64,000 nt of DNA from Chlorokybus atmophyticus (lineage: Eukaryota > Plantae > Mesostigma and Chlorokybus algae). A program made the translations under genes and the position numbers. This document shows positions 1 through 9,922 of the stretch, one piece after another (within the stretch, counting starts at the first letter, position 1; each line of letters opens with the position of its first letter). The notes beneath the pieces were generated by a model, which saw nothing but the letters and a program-made list of their open reading frames with translations, had not been told where the DNA came from and made no database searches. The stretch is from the NCBI GenBank assembly GCA_009103225.1, contig RHPI01002069.1, positions 1 through 64,000 on the forward strand, read 5' to 3'.

Positions 1-561
1 CATCAATTTAGGGTTGCCAGCTTACGAACCCTAAATGGGTCAAACTTCAAGTGAAGCACGACTGTACCTTATACGCTATTGCAGTTCCATGCATGGTACT
101 ACATCAACATGAATGGTACTCTATCTGTTAATGGTACTACAGTACAAGGATACTCGCAGACTACCACGATCGTAGAGTAATACTGTGCTGTCATGCCATG
201 GAACCCAGAGCGCTGTCCGAGTTTGTTGCTGTCAACCACGCTCTAAACCAGCGAGGTATGCAAGCCATGCACTGACTCATGCGCCGGGCAGTCATCATAC
301 ACATGTACAGCCAATGCTTCTAACAACAGCAGATCTCTGGTGCACCATGCACCATGCTGCAACTATACATGTACCTACATGGTTCACAGGAAGCCAACAC
401 AAAACTACAATACATGCACAATTGGCATCAAGGCGGGGGCCAAATCACCGCCGACACGTTGGCGTCTTGCATCAGGCGTGGCGACCAAAACGGGTGAGGT
501 TGCTTGCAGAATGGACACGCTTGTAGATTCTTTGATTTATTTGCCACAGTCTTCTGATGTG

Positions 562-3500
562 CTATGATGCAGACATGGCACATCGCTTTCTTGCAACAGG
601 GCGTCTCCCCATCCGCTGGGGGGGGGGGGGCTCTTCAATGCGACAAATCAGCACACATGGTGCACGCGGGTGTGCAAGCTGCCTCTGCCACCAAACTCTG
701 TTATCGCGTCGCAGGCGTAGCGACTCCCATCTGAATGGCGCAGCATAACGCTCCACTGCCTGCTCGATCACCTGACGCCCATCTGCCGCTATACACCACC
801 TGCTGGTCTTGGTGGTCTCGTCCAGCATGCGTTCATCCAGGCCCTCGACATGGCTGTCGTCACTCGTGTACTCCCCCGCATCGTCATTTTCTTCGAGCTT
901 CCACAGAATCAGCTCGACGTGCCGTATGACATACAGCCACTGCCAGCCAAAGCATGCCAAGTACAGCTCGAATGGTTTTACTTGCCACCCAGTATGTTTG
1001 CTCAGGTAGTGGCACACATCTCGACCCGCATTAGTCGACATCGACAGGTACATCTGCTGCAGCAGGTCGAAGTTCTGCTCCGCAGATAGCTCTTGCACAT
1101 TGCCGGGGTGCTGCGGCAGCAACAACACCATCATATCGAGGACGGCGAGGGGCAACAACGTACTACGGATGGCCATATCGTGTATGGGTTCCAACCACGG
1201 CCAATCCCCAGAGGTCTGTTTAGACCGCATTCTCCGCGTTTGCTCCCACTTATTGCAAACTTTCGTCACCCACCTCGAGGCATGCCGCATGCGGTGATGC
1301 AGCGCGTCTTGGGCGTACTGTAGGGTGATCAACTCCTTTGCACTACGAGTCAGCCCCCCAAAGCGTCTGCGCGTCGGTGCTTTGAGCTTAGGCAGCTCGT
1401 GCCGCACCGGCTGTCTCTCTGGACGATGCTGAGCAGCCACTTGACGCTGTAAACCCGCCTGTGCCTACTCAGGACACACAGTCAGCCCCAGTGAGGCTTC
1501 AAGGCGCTGTGCTTCTTCTAATGTTGTAACGATGCCTCACCTTTCCTTTTTTGGTCCTGTCAGCGTCCTTTGTTCCAACAACCTTCTTCTTTTTTTTTTG
1601 TCACCCTGCACATCCTGGCAGGCGCTCTCCGTGGCACTGTCACTCAGAGGAGGTAAGGCGTTATCTTCTTGCTCCACAGCCTTGCGCTTGTTGGTTGCCT
1701 CCCGTTCCTCCACGACCTCATGTTGCTTCATGAGGTCGAGCATGAAGCCTTTGTCTTTCAGCGCAGCTTTCAGGACACCTCGATCAATCTCTTTACCAAC
1801 AAGACAGGCTGGGATCAATGTGGCAAGCTTAGAGGGAGAGGGCGAGCTACAGCTGCTTCTTGATGGAGATGCCTCCGGATGGTCAGAGTGCGGTGGCAAG
1901 TGAGTCTCCGCGGCAGGAAGGGAGGGTGCTGAATTGGGATTGCGAGCATGTGGCTGTGGTTGAGGGGAGGCAGGATGTGCAGAACACTCGGCTACTTCTT
2001 GCCTAGCACACGAAGGCGAGGCCTGAGGCGTTGGCGCAGCACTCTGGGTCACAGCCGGTGGTAGCGGGGAATTGGCAACGCCATGCCGCCACTCTCCGAT
2101 CAGGTGTGTTACCTCCGGTGGCACTTCATGCATAGGCCACGACCACTGTTCGGTGCTTGCAGGCTTGAGGAGCCAAAAGTGTGCTTCTGGCTCATCAGGA
2201 GCAGTGTTGCCCACCACCAGGACTGAGTTGGGGGCTTCTTTATTTCCAACCCAAACTGCGCTGCCGGGCCGTGGCACCCACTCCCCATGCTCGCGCTGAA
2301 CGGTCACGCAGCCAATCAACAAGCCCAGCTTGTTGGCAAACATGGTCATCTGCAGGTGCTCGACGTACACATCTTTTCTCCGCACGATCTGTCGCACCTT
2401 GGCCATGGCTAGGTCAATGTTGCAGTTGATATCAGCCAACATGGTCGCAGGCAGTTTGTCGTAATACTGCGCCATCTCTCCCGCGGCACCAGTGGCTCTG
2501 CAGAAGTCTAGGATTCTGCTCGCCACGCCTGCATCGACAGCCTTGGCGGTGATTTTGCGGAGAGTGTGCCCCCTGCCGTCGTCGTCCATGGTGTCCAGCA
2601 TGGCCCAAAATCTGCTCGAGCTGGGGCACTTGTGATCATCCAGGACACTTTGCGCTATGGATGGCCTGGCGCGAAATACACAATGGTAGAAGCAGTTACC
2701 ATCCGTTGGCGCATTGAAGTGGTCCCATGAGGCGAGCTGGCCACCTAGCATGACTGATGGCCGTATGCGGGTTGCGGCCAGCTCCTCTGATGACTCGCTG
2801 GCAGGTGGTGACCCCTGCTGCATGCGCATACAGCACTCACATGGTGTGTCCAACTGTGGACGGCAAGAGTCACAGTGACTGATAAAGTACCTGAGTTTGG
2901 GGCAGACTGCCGGCTTCAACTTGCAGCGGGTGGGGTAAGGTAGGTGCAGAAGCCACATCGGTTGTTGCATTGTGCTGTGGTCTCGCCGGTGGCGGCAAGA
3001 AGGATTGTTGCCCCGCAATCCCCGGTGCTGCTCGTGGAGGAGATGGCAGTGCACGAAGGACTGGTGCCGCGGAAGGTGGTTGCGCTCTGGCTGGGAGGGG
3101 AGCAGGAGCTGCAGGTGAGACGTCTTGTGCATGCAGCAAGGGGGGCTGTATACAGGACCCAGGATAAGGTGGCTCACAATGTTGCAAAGGACGAATATAA
3201 GCTTATGCAGTGCCTGACGCATTGTTACCAAGGCACGAGCATAAAATACAGCGACTTACCTCAATGGCCCGTGGGCTGCATGGAGCAGGGGAAGCCATGG
3301 GGGCTGACAAGGTGGTATTGGCTGCACTCTCCCCGCCACCCTCGATGGCAGACTCGTCACGGAGCTCTTGAGCCATGGGCACATCATGCGCCACTGCCCC
3401 AATGGACATGTCGGGATTCAACAGGCCAACATGCATGTTAAACTGATGCCGCATTGCCGCCGCGCCCATCAGCAAGTGGGATTGAAGGACCAGTTGATGG

Positions 3501-4479
3501 GATTGAATCCAGGCTTGCATAGGAGCTCCAACAGGACTTAGTGCACTGTGGTGCTGTCAACCAATCACATGTGGGTTAGCTGCATGCTTGCGACACTGCA
3601 ATTGCAATAGTCAACTGCGTCACACCGTCATCAGTTGGTTGCTTCGAACAGTCACCTGCGGCATTGCTGGTTGATGCACGAATGATTGCATGGACTGCGT
3701 CATTGCTGGTTGATGCACTATTGGTTGAATGCCGGACGAATGGCCACGCGCTCCTGTGCTCAAACCCAGCCTACTTCGTTCGGCACGCGCGCGCGACTTC
3801 GCACGCTCACGCACATCCTAGCATGGAAAGGTAGGCATGCATTGGAGCCGACATTGCAGTCAACATGCACAGCGAGATTGGCAACAACATACCGCCGCCC
3901 AGCTCTGTCTATCTGCTCTTGCTTCCGCAATGTCGGCTTGACTGTAGGGTGGGTATGGGTGAATAGTGGAGGCCTGCAGCCACGCTACATATATCACATG
4001 GACTGCGCTAAAAAACAAATTGCTCTTGCAAGGAAATGCATGTGACTGTTGAGCGTACCTCTGCATTCCTTTGTGCTTGTTCCCACAGCCGCAACTGGTC
4101 CCGCATGGTTCTGACAAGGGGCTCCAAGGACTGCAGCTCCTGATCCACTCCCTGTTGCAGAAAGCGAGCCACCAAGCAGCTCTCTGTGTGAAGATGGTCT
4201 TTAATGGCTTGCCTGCTGGTTTGTCCAATGTTGGTGATGCATGTTGGACAGCCCCATTGCTGACGCCTGCCATGATCCATGACGTGGCGACCGGTAGTAG
4301 CTGGCTTCGCTGCTTGAACTCTTACGACCACAACTTCTCGCAAGATGTGCCACGCCGCCGCCGCCGCCGCCGCCTCCTCCGACTCCTGGTCCTCCGCCTC
4401 CTAGTCGAACCCAGGCCCATCAAGCCTGACATTCGACCCGTCATCGACCTGGTGCCCCTGCGTGCCATCATCCGGCCAT
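562..4479 (-). pseudogene. Spliced ~1100-aa gene: zinc-finger-like motif, Pro/Ala-rich linker, OTU-family cysteine protease, unknown C-terminal domain; carries apparent lesions
   Basis: Exons (minus strand) ~4479-4059, 3973-3893, 3817-3656, 3553-3260, 3145-2891, 2817-1541, 1446-562, with GT-AG introns. The four short internal exons are exact codon multiples. OTU motifs: DGNCFY (2703-2686) and AHFWLL (His codon 2182-2180). Zn-finger-like WGCPTC-x14-HLHTESC in exon 1. Lesions: in-frame TAG at 4403-4401, probable +1 G near 4475, and exon 6 is one base short at an A10 run (1590-1599). Confidence 0.7.
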
Positions 4480-4532
4480 CAATGAAGCGTGTTTGGGTGA
4501 GTGCATGCTAACTCCCATTTGGGCTGATCGAG

Positions 4533-4750
4533 CAATGCCTCTGTCGTACCATGGATGGTACGACAGAGCCATTGTACGGCAATCGCTGGGGTTGGACGAG
4601 AGATGCCTCTGTCGTACCATAAATGTTACGACACAACCATTGTTACCAATGGTTGTACGAAGCATGCATGGCACGAATGCATAAGTCGTACCATCAACCA
4701 TAGGAGCAAGGACGCACTACAAGTGCGACTCTAGTGCGGGACTCTAGACG
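4533..4750. repeat. Cluster of palindromes and repeated GTCGTACCAT motifs
   Basis: 20-bp inverted repeat with 1 mismatch (4533-4552/4555-4574), a degenerate second copy starting at 4603, a 10-bp stem (4633-4642/4647-4656), and a further GTCGTACCAT near 4685. Confidence 0.85.
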
Positions 4751-4876
4751 TTCAAAACCGCCTCATTTTCGTTTTCGCGCCTCATACATTCGGGCGGGCC
4801 AACCGGCGGCGGCAGCGTTGGAGGCGGCAGCGCCACTTACAGCTAAACAGGCGGCACCCGACTATCAGTTGGAGAG

Positions 4877-6704
4877 ATGCCTCGTGGTCCATCCGTAAGT
4901 GCACCTCGTCGTGGAGGTCGGCGCCAGTTGTCCACATTGCCCCCAGTGTTCAACCAGGCAACCGTCGCCAACCAATCGCAGCAAGACCCCGCGCTAACGC
5001 CCAGCACATCACAACAACTCCACCTGACACCGCAGTCGCAAGGGCAAGCTAGACTGCATGCGTTCTTGATGCACTGTGCACGTTGCTTCTTGCTCAACTT
5101 CTAACTTGGATGCTTGCTTCTATCATGACTAGCACAGTGACTCACTGCATGCGTTCTGGATACACTGTGCACGTTGTTCTTCTTTTGCAACTGTGAGGGT
5201 TGCATCTTTCATGGCTGGCAGCATGACTCATGTGGTTGTGCTTGCAGAGGGTCGATTGGAACCCCCAACCCAAACGCATTTGGCCGTGACGTGGCAACCT
5301 CGGCCGTCAGCAACCCTTCCCCAAGCAAGTGGAAGATTGGCAACGAGGTAAGCACTGTGTGACACTGTGACACTGTGTGTATGTGTGTAACGGATTGTTC
5401 TTCTGTGGACAGCATTTGCGAGATGCCGTCGTTGAAATCATAAACGGCCACTGGGTAGAGAGCCACGTTTATCCCAAGGAGGACACTATTCGTAACGTCA
5501 TGTGTCAGGTGCTGTGAATGCTTCATGACCGCACTGCACCGTGACACTGACCAACCTGCCCGTGACAGGTAGTTGGCTTCGACCATGACGACGAGGCCGA
5601 TGCGGCCAAGTTCTATGAGGTGTACTGGACTCCCAAGGAGTGCCCCTTCCACTGGAGTGTCGCCCTGAAGAAAGCTACGCAGGTCCGGTCTGAGAACGTC
5701 ACCAAGATCAAGCATGTCCTTGAGAAGGAGTACAAGTGGACACTGTTTAACAGCAACAAGCGCAAGTGAGTTGGGTCCCTCACCACCATGTCTGCTATGC
5801 AACACTGCCTTCTTACTCAGCCTCCATACACACGTACTCATCTCGCCTATTGTAACCGATTCAATCAGGCACATCGACGCCCTAATGGACCCCGAGACCC
5901 AAAAAGCCCAGATGCGCAACGCGCTCCAAAGTAAGTCACAGGCACTATTCTAGCCTGGTGCAGGCTCAACTTGAACTATCTATTTCGTGACTAATGCCTT
6001 GTCGGTATGACTGTCGCAGACAAGTCATGGCGGAGATTTGAGGTGACCGACACTGCAGACCCGGAGCGGAGGAGATACATCCATGAATGGGGCAATCCCA
6101 TAATCTGGCAAATGATCGTGCAATGCTGGTCTTACGCCGTCACTACACCTGGTCGCCGGCAGCTGACAGTCAACCACCTCGCATACCTGTTGCTTACGGT
6201 GAGCACTCTGAACTCCATCATTAGCAATTCAGGAATGCTGTAGCCCCAAACTACAGGCTTGCAGACGCGTTGCAGTGAATAGTGGCTTTCGATGCCACTA
6301 AGACATGCCTGTAAACTACGCAGGTGGAGCGCATCCTAAAGGGCAAGGATGGAGACCCTCTCCTAGCTGCCAGCATAGACACACATGAAGAGTACCTCAG
6401 CGAAATCAACACCATGATCATGTCAATGAAGCGGGAGATGAGGCAACGGTACGCAGCCCTCCAGCCATTCACCCTTGTGAAACGCCGCACTGCATCTTGT
6501 GTCGAATACCTGAAAGATCCCAATCGGCGCCGGCCGCAAGAGACAGCAGCTCGTGACCCGCTCGCTGAGGCAGAAGCGGCATTTGATTGGCTGGCACAAC
6601 CGTTTGAGGAGGAAGAGCAAGCTCCGGCGTCTCCTCCACAGGCCCCAGCGCGTGGTGCTTTGTTCCGTAATGACGAGACCAGCGATGATGGAGAGGAGCT
6701 GTAG
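4877..6704 (+). CDS. Intact 7-exon hypothetical protein, 393 aa
   Basis: Exons 4877-5043, 5248-5347, 5413-5508, 5569-5765, 5869-5930, 6020-6198, 6324-6704 total 1182 nt. All phases are compatible and there is no internal stop. The first intron is GC-AG, the rest GT-AG. Confidence 0.8.
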
Positions 6705-7046
6705 CGCAGTTGGTAGTCCGTTTAGCTGGTAGTGTACATAGCTACAAGGCTCTTGTGACTGAGTGTTGTGCATCTTAAACCAGCTCAGTCAATCGTCATT
6801 ATGCTCATGCACATCAATACTTGCATCCCTATGATATACAACAGAACTGCATTCGAGTCACATAATCGAACCACAAGCCTTGGCAAGTGACTGAGAGACA
6901 CTGTACACATTTCAGGTACATGTACACATCACGGGCACATAACAATGCTGGAAGTCAGTGACAGTCGCGTGTAGTCAAGCTATGCAAATACATATGACGA
7001 CAGTTAGGCATTGGTCACCTTCAGTTGTTGAAGAATGCCTCATTTT

Positions 7047-7420
7047 GACGATAATTACCTAGTTGGTGCTTGTGAATTAGGCTTAGTCGCCTGCGCTGGA
7101 CTGGTGTGTAACCTGAAGGTGCCTGTCACATAGGCTAAGTCACCTAGGTAAGACTGATGTGTAACTTACAGGTGCCCGTTGATTAGTTGTAGTCACCTAA
7201 TAAGGCCTGATGTGTAACTAACAGTTGCCTGTAAATTACAGAAAGTCATTTGTTAAGGCCTGGTGTGTGACTAACAGGTGCCTGTTCATTCTATAAAGTC
7301 ACCTGATAGAGCCTGATAGGTAACAAACAGGCGCCTGTTACTTAGGCAAAGTCAACTGTTAAAGACTAAATTGTAACAAAAAGGGCCTTACAGTAACGAA
7401 AGTTACTATTAGGTCCCTGT
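7047..7420. repeat. Tandem array of ~7 degenerate 53-bp units with internal dyad symmetry
   Basis: Units start at 7101, 7154, 7207, 7260, 7313 and 7366 (exact 53-bp period); a 54-bp unit starts at 7047. Shared core TGTAACTAACAGGTGCCTGT...AAGTCACCT. Confidence 0.92.
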
Positions 7421-8229
7421 ATCAAAATTACAGGTGGCCTGAGCCACGACAGTCTAAATTAGCGTCCTCAGGTGCACGGCCGTTGCCAATATTTAGTCGG
7501 CCGGCAGGGAAAACATATTGCGACGTGCACTCTCAGTTTATTACTCATATGGTAAATAAGAAGGATGAAGTGAGCATCTCGTATACTCATGGTGTGTAGC
7601 ACTTGGTATATGTGCTCATGAGGTCAATTTTTTATATAGATAATGTACAAGGATATAGCAGCTACGCAAGGCATCGTCAATCAGTAAACACAAGATTTAT
7701 TATTGTCAAGCGCAGTGTCGCTGAGGCTGTAAGTATGCTGCATGTGTTTATGTGGTCAAGGTTGAACAAAGTCAGCCTGTGCGGACAGATCATTATCAGC
7801 GCATACGTAACAAAGCGCTCGCTGGCTTTTAAGCAACTATGTGCCAGGTCAAAGAGCAGCGAGTGGTTTAAAGGCGTGATTGCCGCCTTGTGCAAGCAAT
7901 CAGTTGCTAGCCTTGCACGAGCTTTTTTGTGTGTGGGGTCCCACACACAAAAAAGCTGTGCTTGGTTGAAGCTGTTAAAGGGGCTCTCCCTCCACTTACT
8001 TGTGGGGTGATGGCAACAAGGGACTGTTGCCAGGTGGATTGTAAAGTTTTTATGCTTGTACAGAAGTTTGTGACCCTTACTAGCAGTTAGGTGAGTGATC
8101 AACGTGACAATGGTAGATCATCACATTAGCATCACACTATAAGGCTTATAATCACATGCGACGTAAGCATTCTCCCCTACACCGGTACATGCTAAAAAAA
8201 CTTCTATGTCATAAGAGTGACATGCACAA

Positions 8230-9680
8230 AGTCCAATGCTAGTCTTATTGCAAGAGCATCTGTTTTGTACATGTAACATGGCAATGCGCATATTATATGC
8301 GCATTGGCATGATATACAAGCGTTACGATAATTAGCCGCGGCTAGTAAGTGTACTCTCAATCCGAGTTTATAATCTTGAAGCAGTGCTTGGAAATGCATA
8401 TACCCTCATAGGTTCACATCAACACGCATGTGTGCATTCACTTGGTATGGCCATTGCCCCATCACTGTTGGTAATTGAGCTGCCCTTGCTTGTTGGCTGC
8501 TGCGAGTGCGTGAGTGCGTACGTGCTGTGCATCTTTGCATCTTTTAAAATGCCTATGTATGCTTGTTGCCAACTAGTTGAGCAACAACTTGCAGGTACAA
8601 CGTAGTAGACATTATATGACAGTACGTATCGAGTACAAGAATGCTGGACAAACTATTGTACCTGTGGGAATAGCCGCGGAGCATTGGCGTAAAAGCTATG
8701 CTCATGCTGATGTTCAACTCGGACGTGTCGCCGAGCAATGACGCTCACTCTCACCCTCCCTCCCTATACGCGGTCGTGGCGTACAGGGAGGGAGGGTGAG
8801 AGTGTGGGGGAAAATTATTATTGCCACAGGGATGTGCGTGAGTTGTTACATGTGTATAATGACAACGAATTACTTATAGTACTAGTATGGTCGCGTCGCA
8901 CAATGTGCATGGTGGCTATGCGTGCGTGCGTGTGGGGTTAAGGTTCTACTATTACCTTCGTAAACTAGTGTGGCTGCATTGTGTCCTAGTATGAGGAGTA
9001 GTGCAGATGTGTTATGCTGCATCTGCTTTAACACAAGCAGCACTCCTAGTAAGCACATCAAGAGTTTGTTGCTGCTTCTGCGGCTGAACAATTCCATTTG
9101 GGTTTGTATAGCGTTGGTTACATTGCTGTAGTGGAATAAGTCCAACAGGCAGGACATCAACTCGCTAGAGGTTTCACGCGACTATACATACACAAGGATA
9201 CTCACAAGCACTAGTCCATCACTACACAACAAGTAACAGCAAGCAAAACACAACCATGTGCTTGCGCATCCAGATGGCAGATGAGTATCTATGACTGGCA
9301 TAAACTACTCACCAGCTTACCCAAGTGGCTTCCATGCATTGTTTTAGGCATTATGGAACATGTTGTTTTGCTCTTGTTCTAACTCAGAACGAAATATATG
9401 GCAAGCCTCCGCTGATGTTACCAACTTCCTCTACACCACTTCCAATCATATACAAAGAAATCACAACCCTGCAGCGCTCGCACGGGTGTATGAGTCTATA
9501 AACATCCTGCACACACGCCGCACCTCATGCATTGCAACAACAGTACCGCCATTATACTGCGCATCTGCATTAATAAAGGGCATTATGCGGTTGCACCGCG
9601 TTCCTTTACAGCTTTGACAGGCTTCATATTAATCCGGATTCTCTTTGCCTTGGCTTCTCAGAAGCCTATTGCACTTGCAA
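8230..9680 (-). repeat. Copy 1 of a diverged ~1.5-kb tandem duplication (decayed gene segment)
   Basis: Colinear shared blocks with 12430-13950: GTACATGTAACATGG (8267/12466), ATACTCACAAGCAC (~9199/~13340), TCTTTGCCTTGGCTT (~9643/~13925). Confidence 0.8.
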
Positions 9681-9922
9681 GCCTCGAGACATTTCTGATC
9701 TAAGCATAGATCATGAGCGTCACCACTCAGCAGTATGCCCATTTGTATACATGCTTGTGTGCTTGTGTACAAAAGATATGACACAGATTGTGCGTGCATG
9801 CACGTGGGTGCATGCATGCAGGTTGCGTACATGTTTGTGCGTGCGTGCGCGTGTGTAGGGGGGGGNTGTGCATGCGCATGCGGTTGTGCATCAGTGTGTG
9901 TTGTGTAAGTACATGTGTGTAC

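Noticed and set aside
1537-3231. 564-aa ORF as a complete single-exon gene
   Set aside because: Its first ~135 codons read through introns and an off-frame exon. Only 2817-1541 is the real OTU exon.
4716-4736. CACTACAAG as a CACTA transposon terminus
   Set aside because: No matching inverted terminus or 3-bp TSD found in the window. Kept only as part of the palindrome cluster.
5050-5190. ~95-bp-period duplication in intron 1 of the orphan gene (similar case at ~60910-61095)
   Set aside because: Short degenerate intronic duplications with no evident structure; probably neutral.
5209-5919. 236-aa minus-strand ORF
   Set aside because: Antisense shadow of the phase-consistent plus-strand spliced gene.
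7047-7420. CRISPR array
   Set aside because: Units are contiguous and degenerate along their whole length with no unique spacers. There are no cas genes and the context is eukaryotic.
7603-8102. Overlapping 135-aa and 141-aa ORFs
   Set aside because: No recognisable motif and no supported splice partners, so they cannot be called.
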